From the NCBI RefSeq assembly GCF_009834535.1, contig NC_045697.1:38628001-38692000 (forward strand): a stretch of DNA of 64,000 nt, in the 5' to 3' direction. The stretch's first letter is position 1, and each line of letters opens with the position of its first letter. Of this stretch, positions 25,140-38,216 are shown one piece after another. Under the pieces are notes generated by a model that ran no database searches, had not been told where the DNA came from, and saw only the letters and a program-made list of their open reading frames with translations. A program made the translations under genes and the position numbers. This stretch comes from Camelus ferus (taxonomy: Eukaryota).

Positions 25140-27565
25140 GTAAGACAGCTTGAGATTGAAGGTCTGAGCCATAGGAAGGGGCCCAGCTACGGAGGGAAGT
25201 GGGAAAAGTTCCGAACTTGGCCTTGAGTAATGGACTGGGAGGTCCAGGGGCAGCTCCTGCTGAGAAAATTTGCTTTCTCAAACCTGACTCAGTTTTCTGG
25301 AAGCCTCTCTCTGTCCACCTGTGAGAAGTACACTGTCACCACTGTACCCACCTACGTAACACCCCGTCTCCTTTTCTCCCAAGTTGCTCCCTTGTTTTTA
25401 ACTGGACTTCATGGGACAAGTACCCACGAGAAGCTGCAGGACTTGGGTGGGAGGAAAGAGCTCCTGACTAAGTGTTGGCCGTGATCCCTGAGCACAGGGT
25501 TGACTGTGAGCTGACGGTGCACAGCAGGTGTTCCCTTTCCAAGTCTCCATACTTGAACAGTGGATGGTGAGACACTTTATCATCCTGTTGTGTTTGTAAA
25601 TCTGGCTCCCCTGGGCAACCCTGTCTCAGAGGGATGTCATGAAGCTCTCTCACCCGCCTCTTGTCCACACTGCAGAGCTGGGAGGTTTTCCTACATGAAA
25701 TTGACTCAGGTGGTAACTCCTTAATAATGAAAATATAAGAAAATAATTCTTCACTAAATGCAATTGAAATAGTGGGGAATCCAGGAAAAAAGCAAGGGGA
25801 GCAAAGACACCTGGAATCTGACTCTTCCAGGTTTGCCTGAATGCTGAGTAGAATCCATTCACCCAACAGAAAGGCCTTCTCTGAGCTGGGGGTGTTTGGA
25901 GGCGATCCAGATTATGAATGGGAGGCACTCTGGTTTGCTGGTGTCCATCTGTCTCTGAGTCTCCAACAATGAATGAATAAATGAATGAATGAGCAAAACA
26001 AAAAGGATAAAGGGAACAGCTGGTTTGAGCTGCTGACACAATGAAGCACTGAACTCAAAGGAAATTTTCTATTTTCTTGTAATGTTCTTGTTTCTACTGA
26101 CTATTTGCTGAGTGTTTTGTGATCTGTGTTTGGTTACACATTCCACACACACTCAGCTGAATCTAGCATATGGCCAGCTGGGGAATAGCCAACACCCTGG
26201 AACCATACCCGGACTTGCCTCGATCTTTACATCCACTGCACCGCAGCCCCGGGCCAGAGTCCTGCCCTCAGAACTAACCTAGGCACTGCCTTCAAATTTC
26301 AGCGTTTCCTAACTAGGGCACTGAGGGCCCATTCTTGGTTCTTGCTGGTTGCATTGCCCCATTTTATAGCTTCAGAAGAAAAAGTAAGCTGTCACCTCTC
26401 ATTAGTTGGAGAAGAGAGATGGGTGGTGATGGCCAAAGAAAACCTTCACCTCCCCCACTCTTGTTTTTCCCTCTTGAAGTCTTTTGAGTCCTGGGATATT
26501 ATTCCTAAGAAGTTCTGAACCCTCAAATCATCCCCTTTCTAAGGGGGATGACTTACAGATTTCCATCTCCTAAACAGCTGTATTTTACAAGGGCCTTTCA
26601 AGGAGGTCTTTAAAAATTAGATAATGGCCTATTGTCTTAAAACGGTATCTGCTTTGTAACGTCACACCACATGGCCACTGCCACCCCAAGAAATGGATCT
26701 GGAGTTGTAAAAAATGGATAATTCTGCAGTAATGAAAATAGAGAAGCTCAGTTAAAATATGTAAATGCCTGTTGTTCGTATTAATGATATAAGGCATAAG
26801 TTTAAAGGATCTGATTTCGTAATGAATAAAATGGAAAGCAGCCGACCTCCCTGAAGTGACAATTCTGTTAACACAGGAGGAGAAATATGGGTGAAGCTAT
26901 CTGAGTGCTAATCGGAGTGCTCTCCTTTGGACAATAACTGCTTGGGTCTGCCTAATTTTGCTTCTGCTGCGTGGATTCACAGCTTCCTCATAGCTCTAGA
27001 GTTACATGTTTTTAAACAGTAAAATAAGAGACTTTGCTCTTTGAGGAGGGAAATGGGGACCATTTTTGTAGCAAATGTGATTTTTTTGGAGTGACATAAG
27101 ATGTAACTGTATCACCCCCAAAAGACTGTGCTTTATTTTTCAGTCGACTAAGCAGTATGTTCCTGGTAAGTCGTAGCAATCGTAGTTAATTTTATTCCCT
27201 TGCATGGATGCTTTGCATTTTTCCATGGAAACGTTATGCTGGTATTGATGCTCAGTAAGCAGCAGAGACTCCAGCATGGAATGAGGGTGTCTAGTTACGT
27301 CAGAGGCATGTATGTTTTTCACGTCTGAAATTGTCTTTGTGTATGTGTATGTTTATTAAAAAAGAGAGAGAGAGACAGAAGTCATGGATAACACCTATTT
27401 GACAGTAAATGTCCTAGCAAGCTGATAAGCCACCACTATTAAGAGATTCTTTTGAAATGCGATTTCTACTGGAATGCCATTAAAAAAAAAAAAAACTTTT
27501 CCTCTGGCTTAAACTTACTAGCCCTTGGAAAGAACTGCGCCTGTAATGACTGCATTTGGAAAGGT

Positions 27566-27581
27566 TGCCCCCTAGTGTCCA
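27566..27581 (-). promoter_or_regulatory. CTCF motif
   Basis: TGCCCCCTAGTGTCCA, near-consensus. Confidence 0.55.
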
Positions 27582-29975
27582 CATGTAGTCGTCTCAGCTA
27601 GGACTGTTCTGTGTGGTACCGGTGGTGGTTAGTATCTGTCTCCTGAGTACAGAATGACTGAATACAGCATAAATCAGCCTACACTTTTCTGAATAAAGTG
27701 AATCTACCACCTGCCAAAATTTCTGTGGCAAGCAACTGAACCTTTAAAAGAAAAAGTACCTTTTTCCCCCTGAGTGTAAAAATAATACATGTGCATAGTG
27801 AGAACAAATTTGAATATATGGGACAGTTATAGGGACAAAAGCCACAATGGTGTCCTTTTTGAGGACCCTATACATAACAGTTAGTTGTTCTATGGCCAGT
27901 GGGGGAAATATAAAGCCCACGCCAGACCTCCGCCACCATCTGGCTGTGTGGCCTCAGGGGAAGCCATTTAACTTCTCACCCTCATTTTCCCCATCCGAAA
28001 AACAAGTGGATGCATGTGATGGATGATCTGAAGGGCCCCTCCTGTTCTTAAAATCTGCCATCAATAGAAGATCACCATTCACCTGCTATAGCACGAGGTG
28101 GCTTTGTAAGCGCTGCATTTCGTTGCATTTGGACCGCAATGACCTTGATGTTCCCTGCAGCTGCCCAGAGCATGGATCAGCTCTGGGTGCCTGTTTATTT
28201 CAGATCAAACGAGGCTGTGAAGTCTGTGTGTACCTACTGATGATAAAACTCAGAAACGTCACAGTCTAAGCCTGCAGGTGATTTTTAGAATTAGACCACC
28301 CCTTTGTGAGAAAGTGCTCAGTCTGTTAGTCCACGGACTGTTTACCTCAGGAGGGAGAACCTCCATCTTCAGCAGCTGCCGTCTCCTGCTGAGCTGGATT
28401 TCACTTTAAAATGCCAAAGAGTCTTTCCTTTGAGGATTCTGGCACCTCACGCAGCTGTCAAGGACACAAAGAATAAATACGTGCTCTTGGCCCCTTCTGC
28501 ACAGAGCCGACGTCTTTAAATCTCTGTGCTTTCGCTTTTTCTTATTCTTTTAAATCCGTTTTAATTATGGGAGGATCCGTAGTTCGCTCAAGAGGACAGC
28601 AACTTTATTTTCCCTTGGCTTTGTTCTTACAGAAGTGGTCTGAAGGCTGGCTGTGAAAAATCTGGAGAAATCTAAACTGGCAGTGTGAGAGCTGCAGAAT
28701 ATGATGTGCTTGGAATTTCCACACCAGAGGGAAAAAGCCTCATAAATATGGATGTGCATTCTTGTAACATCATTCTCCAACATTCCATATTCCACCAAAA
28801 TGGCCCAATTTGAATGAATAAAATACAGCTTTTTGCACGCATTCCACCCTAACAGTAACTCCATTCATAGCCACAAATAACGTGGACTCAGTCTAGGCAC
28901 AGTGCTTCCACTCTCTCCTCGAGTTCTAATCTCAGTGCGTATAAAGAATCCATGGGTGTCCAAAGAAATATCTATATGTGGAGGGAGTGGTAATAGTTTA
29001 TTTCTCTGAAAACTTAAGGGCAAGCTCATCTTAACAGTCTGGTTTTCAGTGATTTCTGGTATCACAGTTCTTCTCATGACAGTGAGTAGTGGGCAGAATA
29101 AAAATCACCAAAAAGCCACATTTAGCTTTATATTCAATTCACCCAACACCTGCGATTACCAAATAGGATTTAGCAGTCACCTTTTAGCTGTCAGTAAACC
29201 ACACAAAGTACCCGACAGCCCTGTCTCCTTTGAGTCAGCTGAAGGAAGCGTTCGGAGCAGGAACCACAAGGTGGGGAACTCGTGCAGGTGCAGAAGCCTT
29301 GGCCTTGAGAGCCTGAGCATCAGTCACCATGGCCTTGGACCTTCAGTCCTGCCTGGCCTGTTCCGCTGTCTCGTCCCTGACCACTGCAGGCTGTGTCAGG
29401 AAGACAGCCCCTCGTCTGCACAGAGAGGCAGCAGCCCTATCCCGAGATGGAGGCCATCATTTTAGTGACCTGGGTCCCCCCTCCTCCCGAGCTCCCTAGC
29501 CAGCAGCCTGGAGCTGTTTTCTTAAGAGGGATTTGCAATCAGTTGCCTTCTGGAGGTGCACATCGTCATCCTCAAAGGCAACAGCATTGTGTTTCTTTTG
29601 CAGGATGAGCAGATCCCTGACGTAAATCACCGCTCTGATATGCACACGTTCTCATTCCCTCTCGCCCTCTCCTCCTTCCTCCTTCCGACCCCCCTCCCTG
29701 CCCCCTCCAGCGGTTGCACCTGCCATCCGGGCTGCAGCTCCTCCCTGTGCCTCTTCGCTGCCCCCTGCACCCTCCCCTCAGTTTGCTTCTTTGACCCTCC
29801 GCTTCATTTGTTAACATCACTCTCCATTTCCCAGCTTAGTCCCGTGTGCCTTATTTCACCTGTTTTTATTGCATCTAGGTTTCCCCTCATTTTCTCTTTC
29901 ATTTTCCATTTGTAGTCTTGATAGCCATCCCGTCTTAGGAGTTTATTTCAGTCTGGCCTGTGATTAGATTTTGCC

Positions 29976-30000
29976 TGTGTGTGTGTGTGTGTGTGTGTGT
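29976..30000. repeat. (TG)12 microsatellite
   Basis: Direct reading. Confidence 0.95.
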
Positions 30001-31294
30001 CCTGAGTGTCAGGTTGGACCAACATCAGTACTCTAAAACATGTGCTAATGAAGAAAAATATCAGCATGTTCATTCTTTTTTGTGGTGGTGGCAGAAATCC
30101 TAACTAAATGGCCTTAGGGTATTAAGCCAGGTTTTCCTTAGAAGCCCATTAAAGAATTACTCTTTCCATTATAAGTAGAAGAAATACCCTCATCTTAGTC
30201 ATTCAAGAGCACGGGTAGATGTCAGACCCTGACAACAGGAGGTCTCAGTTTAAGGAAATTCGCAACAATTTTTACCTCTTAGCCAACACGCCTAGAGAAG
30301 AGATAACTGGTCAACCAAAGGCTGGGCTGGGAGTTGCAGAAGGAACTCCTGCTCGGACTGTCACTGGGATGCAGGGACTTGTCCCCCTTCTCCTGCCCAG
30401 GTCCCCGTCCCTCCCCCACAGGGCAGCAAGTGAGGCGGGCCAGGCTTTGTTACACCTTGTCCTCTTGTCTAACACCATCGGCTGTCCTAACCGTGCCTGC
30501 TTACTGATCTGCTTAGAGTAGATACTAACTGCTGCTTCCTGCTAAACTTGTTTTTAGAAGTTGCCCTTCCACAGCCTTCTCCTCCCCAAACCCTTTTAGG
30601 TTGCTCAAGCTGTCCTTCACTGGCTGAACTCGGGCCGTGGATGTGTGCTCCCTCCCTGTGGTGCCAGGGGGCCAGGCTCCAGCTGAGATACCAGCAGACC
30701 CAATACAAGTCCTTGTCTCTCTGTGCTCCTGACTTGGCATGCCGGGGTGCCGGGGGGCGCGGGGAGGGGAGCCTGGGGCTCGTCTCTTTCATGTCTCTGC
30801 AGCCTCACTGCCCACCATGCAAGGCCGAGGGGGAGCTGGGTGAAGGTGGGTGGATTCCATACCCTTGAGTTCAGGGGGAAAGGGGGCATTTCCCTCAAGG
30901 GGTTCCTCTGCTGGGGAACTTCAGTAAGGTAGTAAAAATGCTGCTACTCTTTCTCTCTGCCCCAGTAAGACGAAGGAAGTACGATGTGAAATTTATGAGA
31001 ACCAGTGGAGTACAAGAAAAATAACACCGAATGCTGTTTTTAGAAGACGTAGATTCAAATCCCTTTGGGGGCCACTCATTCTTTCCATAAGCTTGGGCCA
31101 GTCACCTCTCTCCGCTGGACCTCTGACGTTTTTTTGTGAAGTGAGGACACTGGACGATGTGATTGCTAAGGCGTTTTGCAGCTTTGTGGGATTAAATATT
31201 AGCCACATTAAAGAGAAATATCAGATCATGTATTCTTTTTTTTTTTCCTTTGAAACATAAAAAGACTATGAAACCCAAGTACCTCGATCTAGAA

Positions 31295-31502
31295 CAGTAG
31301 TTTTCAGCCAGAGGCAGTTTCACCCTCAAGGGGATATTGGACAACGCCTGGAGGCATGTTTGGTTGTCTAGAGTGAGGAGAGGTTGCTACTGGCATCTGG
31401 TGTCCAGAGGCCAGGGGTGACGCGAAACACCCTATAGCGCACAGGACAGCTCCCCACAGCAAAGAATCATCTGGCCAGAAATGTCAACAGTGCTGAGCCC
31501 TG
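31295..31502 (+). mobile_element. MER20 (hAT-Charlie)
   Basis: Colinear with the recalled MER20 consensus: CAGTAGTTTTCAGCC...TGCTACTGGCATCTGGTG...GCACAGGACAGC...AAATGTCAACAGTGCTGAG. Confidence 0.85.
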
Positions 31503-31924
31503 AGGTAGAGAAAGGCAGTAGTTCATATAATACATTCAATTCAGTAGCCTTTCAGACGACCAGGACATCCCTCTTTTTCTTCCAGAGTCATTTGTTTTCT
31601 CTACCCATTAAATATTTTATATCTCATGTATCTAGCCCATGAAATACCTTGCCCCTTCATAAGCTATTATGTTTATATATTTTTCCCCAGAGAATTCATT
31701 TCCTTTTAGGTCTGGCTTTCCTCTAATTCTAAATACTATTTACCTTCCTAATTTCTATCCCCTGTGTTTTCTCCTTTCTCCCTAGCCATTCAGTGCTCTC
31801 CCACCAGGGATCAGCCCCTCTTTGGCCCTTCCTCCACTTGGCTCCTTCTGGCCCGTAGGTCACAGTAGGTAGCTGCCGCAACGCGAAGGTGACGTCCTAG
31901 TGGCAGGACAAGACTGCGCTCACC

Positions 31925-32019
31925 TTTTTATTTTTATTTTTAGTGGAGGTACTAGGGATTGAACCCAGGACCTCGTGCATGCTAAACATTCACTGTACCA
32001 CTGAACCATGCCCTCTCCT
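31925..32019 (-). mobile_element. short tRNA-Ala-derived SINE (vic-1-like)
   Basis: T-rich tail, GGATTGAACCCAGGACCTCGTGCATGCTAA; TSD core CAAGACTGC at 31909 and 32020. Confidence 0.85.
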
Positions 32020-32648
32020 CAAGACTGCTGTCCTCTTTTCTGTGAATTCAGCATCGATCATGGAAAGACTTGCGGACCCTGGGGCCTTCTTCCCCTTGCC
32101 AGCAGTACCCACTGTGACCCAGACATGATGTTCAAGCTAGGGGCTGGTGACGGAAGTAGATGAAACATAAGTATTCAAGAGGAGTGTGTCCAGAAGAGGC
32201 TGGAGGGTTCCCTTGTCTGTGCAGCCACAAGGGTCTTGATTTCCCCCAGTGGTTCCTGCATTTCATGAAACTATTTTCTATACAGTTTTTGTACCTTTAA
32301 AAGACTTAGATATAAATTAATTTATAGGTTAATCAAAAAGTTTTTGTCATACCCGACTTTCGGTTCAGAAATACAGTCTCTCTACCCTCCTGGAAATGTT
32401 GGCATCTCCAGGAAAGAGGTGGCTGGATGGAAAAGCTCATGGCTCGAAGGTGGGAAAGAGAAGGAGAAGTTGTTAGACAGGATCGGTCACTGCGGGCGGC
32501 ATCAGGGTTTGCTGGCGTGTTGTCTAGTCTAGAAACTAGCCCTGTACTGAGTACGCCTCAGGGCCTGCTGGGCATGCTGGGGAGCCAGGTCGTGGTTATT
32601 GGGAGCCGCTTCACTGCTTCAGAACATCTTTCTTTCGTTTCTCTCCAG

Positions 32649-32813
32649 CGACAGTTGGGCAAGAACATCAAGTTTGGGCAGCCACCACCCACCGCCATTC
32701 CCACGAAGAAGGCAGACAGTGGCGAGGCCCGCTTGGAAGAGGATCCATTCCTGACCAGTCCCATGGAAACTGTGACTCAGCAGGACAGCATCCTCTCTGA
32801 CCCCGAGAACAAA
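32649..32813 (+). CDS. CRACD: CRACD exon (RQLGKNIKFGQ...SDPENK)
   Basis: ctccag acceptor, gtaagg donor, 165 bp, phase 0-0. Confidence 0.93.
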
Positions 32814-34059
32814 GTAAGGCTCCTCCAGGGAATGACTCGGATGCTAATAAGCCCGGGAGGATGTTGGGCAGTGGACAGGAGCATCAGTAACACAAGGTCT
32901 GCAGTGAGGGGCGTAAGGGGGAGGGTTCCCGATGAGTAGCCCAGGGCTAGAGGGGCACGTCCTGGGTGAGTGCCTGCCCTGCAGTGGAGCCAGCGTGGAA
33001 GAGGGGGAGGCAGGGGAGACGTGCCCTTTCCACACACTCTTCTCAGTGTCTTCCTCTTGGGTTAGCCCACCTCTTCTGGGAGCCTTGCCTGGCCTCACCC
33101 ACAAGCTGTCCTGTCCCCTCTGTGCCTTCGCTGTGCATCCTTAGTGCCTCTTACACATTTGTTCTCTATCTACATCTGTGCCCATGGAACTGTTTTCTCC
33201 CCATCTCAAAATGTTGAGTTCCTTGAGGACAGACTGGATCTTACACATCTGTCTCCCCAGGATGTAGCTACTGCTTACTTAGGAGCACTGAATAATTACT
33301 TGTCAAGTTGGACTAATTTAAAGGGAAATGAGGAAAGAAAGAAGTATGTGCTCAATAAGATAGAACATATCACACAGACCAGCTTGAAGTCTGCTTAGTG
33401 TGGAAAGAAATTCACATTGGTCCAGCACCGTCCTCTCTGAATGTGGTCTTTTGACACTTTGGAAGAAACCCAGTGAGCGTATCCTGAAATAAGACTCCGA
33501 GCAGCAGAAAGGATGCCCTCAGGCCTCTCTGGGAAAAGGAAGAGAAGTCCTACCAGCAGCTAGATAAACTGTTCTCCCAGTGAGGCTCGGAGCCTTCCGT
33601 TCGTAGAGGAAAGCGTTCTCTGTGCTGAGCCTACCATGGTGCCTGAGATGATGCTGGGTGTTATTAAAATGTCCCTGGAGGAGGTCATGCTTCTTATCAG
33701 CTAATATGTCGTAGGAGTAGTAAGAAAGATAAGCGACTTGTAGAGCAAAGGAAGGAGAAAAAAGGACAGTCTCCCCTGTGGGCCGTCTCTGCCTGGGCCG
33801 GACCCTGCTGACTCCTGGCGCCCACACATGTAGGTGGTGGGTGGGGTGGCGGGGGAAGCAGGTACGGGGCCCATCTCTCTCCCTGAGTCATCATCACAGA
33901 AATGCTCCCTCCAACTCGGGTGCTAGGCAGCAGCGATGGCCACCAGCCTTGATTCAGGGATTTCCTACGGGCCAAAGCAAATGTCTTTCCTGTTACCGAA
34001 GACCTAATAAGGGCAGGACACTGTGGCCTGGGGGAGAAGGAGGATCCTTGGTTCAGCAG

Positions 34060-34680
34060 GCGATACCCCGATACCCTGGCTGTGGGTCCCACAGAGATAA
34101 GCAGGATTAGGCCAGGGGCTGCCTCCAGGTAGTTTGCATTCTAATAAGAGGAGAGTCAGACAACAAGCAAGTCAACAAATAAAGACATCGCACGGTTTTG
34201 GATTAATAAAAATGCTACATAGGAAGTAAAGCAGGATAACTGAAAAGTGAGTGATGTGGTTGGAGACAGGCTGCTTCCTTAGATAAGGAGGTCAGAACTG
34301 CGTAAGCAGATCTGGGGGAGCGGGGGTGAGGGGTGTTCTAGGCTGAAGGAAGAGCAAGTTCATAGGCCCAGAGATGAGGTGGGCTTGTCCTGAAGGAGGA
34401 ACAGAAAGCAGGCCAGTGTGGACGAGGGCAGGGGTGGGTAGAGCACAATATGGAGGCTGGATTGTGTAGACCACTGGAGAAGGGGTGCATTCTGTTCAAA
34501 AAGTAATAGTAATTTTAATCAGGGTAGCAACATAATCTGATTTGTGTTTTCTAAAGATGCAACTAAGTGTGATGTAGAAAATGAATTGAGGTAGAGCATG
34601 CTGATGTTAGGGCTCTGGAATGGACCATGAGACCCTTTTGTAAAAATGGGTGATGCAAGACAGAAGGTGTCGCTGGTGCA
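34060..34680. mobile_element. L2 remnant
   Basis: GGCTGAAGGAAGAGCAAG...AGGAACAGAAAGCAGGCCAGTGTGG...TCTGATTTGTGTTTTCTAAAGAT blocks typical of L2 3' region; similar fragments at ~12870-13080, 36760-36900 and 42000-42430. Confidence 0.6.
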
Positions 34681-35214
34681 GATGACATGAGGTGTGTGTA
34701 CCCAGGGCAGGCAAGGTGCATGGGGTGTGAATTGTCGCCCTTTTTCTTTTCCTTCCTTCCTTCCGTTCCTTCCTTCCTGGGCTTTCTCGCCTCCTCTGGT
34801 CAGCCACCTTCTCAGCCCAGCCCCTGTGTACCATTGAAATGGCCCTCTTTCCTTCTCATGGAGAAAAGGTCTGGCAGATGAAGGGGGTGGGAGGCAGCCA
34901 GCAAAGCTGGAAGCTCTGAGGTTGGAGCCGACTTCCCAGGTAGGGTGGCGGCAGGGAAGCACCCCAGATTCTCTCAGCAGTGGGGAAACACCTCAAGGGC
35001 GGCAGTTGGAGGCCACCTGGCTGGGAAACGTGTTGGCTCGGGGAAGAGGGGCTTGCACACTGAGCCTCAGGAGCCCCAGTGGAGTCTGGACATCAGCAGA
35101 GTCCCCTGCGTGGGGGAGGGGCGGCCCTCGCCAGCACAGACACTGAGTGCCTGGTTACCCGCCCGGCACTTCCTGTCCTAGCTTGTGACTGGAGCGCTCT
35201 CTCTACTGTTCCAG

Positions 35215-35283
35215 ACCAGTGAGACGCCAAGTTCTCCGAGTCCTCTGAACCTGCCTGGAGCCAGAAGTGAGATGGAAGAGAAG
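35215..35283 (+). CDS. CRACD: CRACD exon (TSETPSSPSPLNLPGARSEMEEK)
   Basis: ttccag acceptor, AAG|gtaata donor, 69 bp, phase 0-0. Confidence 0.92.
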
Positions 35284-36961
35284 GTAATATGATTTGAACT
35301 TATGTATTTAGCGTCCTTACTTTAACTTCCATTTTTCCTTTTTTTGGGTGATCTTCTGCCTCATTTTTCCATTCATAAATGCTGTCTTTATCCACTTCTT
35401 TAAATTCCTTCAAAATGCAACCAGTGGTAGATGTTGGAGTGTCTGTTTCCACGGCGATGCAACTGCTGGAACTGAACCCAGCTCAGAAAAATAGCCACAC
35501 TCCCGGCATGCCTGTGTTTGGAGTCTCAGGTATTGGTAGTTTTCCTCAATATATCTTGTACTTCAAGACACTGGTAAGCCATTAAAAAAAGACATTCCAG
35601 AACACCTGAAGGTAAAGGGTCTCTTATTTAGAGATGCAAAAAAAAAAAAAAAGAACTTGGCATTTCTCTCCTTGTCTGTATTTTTGGTTTTTAACATTGC
35701 ATTGAAACCTGGACTTGACCTGCAGGAGTCTAGGGCGCCCTGTGGAGATCACGTGCACCTTTTCTGCAGAGGCCGGTCCACTCTCATGAGGATTTGTCAC
35801 CTGCACTGGGGTCCAGGTGTCCTCCTGGGGATTGACAGATAGTCTGGGGACAGGTCCTGTCCCCAAGTCTTCTGAAGGGGGTGGCTCAAGACAATTCCAC
35901 CACCTAGATGACGAAGAGGCCCGGCTTGACTAACTAGAAGCAGAATATTGCATATGAATCTCAGCTTCAGTTGTTCTGTCTGTGTCTTCAATCTATCACA
36001 TTTGGCTCTAACTCCTTTTACTCACGCATCCATTAGGGGATGGAAATAAATGTTTAATTCATTTCTCATCAACAGTAGTTCAGAATTTGACACCTATTAT
36101 AAAGATAACCATAAATAAATAAAGGCTTAGGAGACCTAAGCCTGGAATTATTTTTCCTTACCTCCATGCTTCTTGTCATAAATTAATGTTTACTGAGCAC
36201 TCATTTCATTCCTGCAGCTAGCTGGGTCCTTTTACTTTGTGCATAAATAGGGAAGGTAACTGCAAAAAGCAAAGCCATCGGCTCAACCCCAATGACCCTG
36301 CACTCACAGATGAACCTTGGCCTCAGTGGGTGCTGCACCTGTGTCTGAGCTGCCAAGAGCGCCCTCTGCTGCACAGTGCGTGGTGTTGCCAGGAGCCCTT
36401 GCCTTTGCTGCTGGCCTATGAATTCTCTGTAGTTACAGGCATAGCTTCTTACCATCTGATTCAGTGTGGCTTCTGAGCCACAGTCCCTCTGACCTAACTA
36501 AATGTGCATAGTTGATCCGAGGTTGTGGTTTTTAAGTGACCCCATCTGTATTATAGACCTGCAAGCATGGTGCAGTCCATCCTTTGAAGAATTGCCCCTC
36601 CCCTGTGTGTGGCACATTTCTGCCCTTCATGTCCTCACCCAGGCTTCCTCCTTTTCCCTTCTAGGTGAGCTTCAGTGCTCGGTGACTTTGGAGTGATTGT
36701 GCAAAAACATTTTTGCTGCTTAGGAATTTTATGCCCTAGGCACAGAGGTTATACTTTATTGTTCCTTCATTCTTTCAACAAATATTTATTGAGCACTTAC
36801 CAAGTGAAATGTGCTACTTGGGCGTAAAGAAGACTGATACAGATGTGAAAATGAAATATTCCCTGTCCTAAAGAGGCTAAGGTAGGAGCTGAGGAATGTA
36901 CACACGATGTCTGAGGCAGTGGAAGGCACTTAAGAGTTCTTAGCATACAGATGAGCTAGTC

Positions 36962-37160
36962 CAGGGCACAGCAAACTGCTACTTATTTTAGACCTTGGGG
37001 CTACAACGTTGCAACTAGCAGACTCTCCTTTGTTCTGCGCTTCCTTTGTAGTGCAGAAGCAGCCAAGAACAATGATGTGGCTGTGTACCAGCAAAACTTT
37101 CCTTACCCAAACAGGCTTTGGGCATAATTGGACCCTCTAGGTATGTCTTATTGACTCCTG
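36962..37160. mobile_element. MER58A-like hAT-Charlie element
   Basis: CAGGG...GCAAACT start, AGCAGCC...GTGGCTGTGTACCAGCAAAACTTT, end TGACTCCTG. Confidence 0.7.
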
Positions 37161-37306
37161 ATCTAATCTAACCCCCATATCACTGAGAGGAGGAAAACTA
37201 GTCCCTTAAAGATTAAATGGCCTTTACAAGTTAATACAAATTGTCACCAACAAAACAAATACTCAACGTCTTTTGATAAGCAGTGCTCATTTCACTATGC
37301 CCGTGG

Positions 37307-37323
37307 GCGCCCCCTGCTGGCCA
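37307..37323 (-). promoter_or_regulatory. CTCF motif
   Basis: GCGCCCCCTGCTGGCCA, consensus match with CpG retained. Confidence 0.7.
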
Positions 37324-37384
37324 GCATCGCCTGGGTAGGTCCGGGCTGGGCGAGCTGACGGCGTTATTTCCATCTCCACTGTAG

Positions 37385-37567
37385 GTTGCTCCATTAAAAC
37401 CGTCTCGGCCAAAAAGGCACTTCTCTTCTGCTGGCACCATCGAAAGTGTCAACCTAGATGCCATCCCCCTGGCCATCGCTCGCCTGGACAACAGTGCTGC
37501 CAAGCACAAACTGTCCGTTAAGCCAAAAAACCAGAGGGTGTCAAAGAAGCACAGGCGACTTATCGGG
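37385..37567 (+). CDS. CRACD: CRACD exon (VAPLKPSRPKRHFSSAGTIESVNLDAIPLAIARLDNSAAKHKLSVKPKNQRVSKKHRRLIG), conserved family domain
   Basis: ctgtag acceptor, gtacgt donor, 183 bp, phase 0-0; LDNSAAKHKL.VKPK motif shared in the KIAA1210/KIAA1211 family. Confidence 0.95.
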
Positions 37568-38216
37568 GTACGTATGTCCTGGCTGCCCAGGAAGATGCCC
37601 TTGTTGGCTGGGCACTAATGCTGCCTAGCAGGGTGGTGCTGTGAGGGGCCTATGGGAGGAACAAGGTTTCTCCCTTCCAAGGATGTAGCCCTATTGCAGG
37701 GAACAAGGGTGAATTGTCCATTTCCTTCCCACCACCCTTTCTGACTCGTCCTCCGGGGGCTGGTGGACCTCAGAGAGAGGGGCCTGCCTTCCTGGGGGCT
37801 CCAGACACTGCATTTGCTTTGCAGCAGACAGATGGCCCACTTTCTTCTGCCACAGCTTAGCCAAAGGTTCTTCGGTTTGATTAGAGCAGACTTCTGAGTC
37901 ACAAGTTTCAGGGGACATTGATGAAGTGCAAATCTCATTTTCCCCTCATATTCCTCATGCTGGACTACCGGTGATTACTCATGTGTATTAAGAAAAAGGA
38001 ATCTGAGGATGACATAGAGAGAGGAAACAAAAATGAAGTGCTCCCCCCCCCCCCCGCAGTTTATTCTTGGTGTGAGAGATGCCCAAGGTTAGGGGTCTCT
38101 GCTTAGACAGGTTGCCCATCCTTTTGAGATGAGGAGGGCCCCCCACATTGTGACTAGGATTGTAATGGTAGCTTGTGCATAAGGCAAGCTAACTCTGTCC
38201 CCTTTCCCAATGTTAG

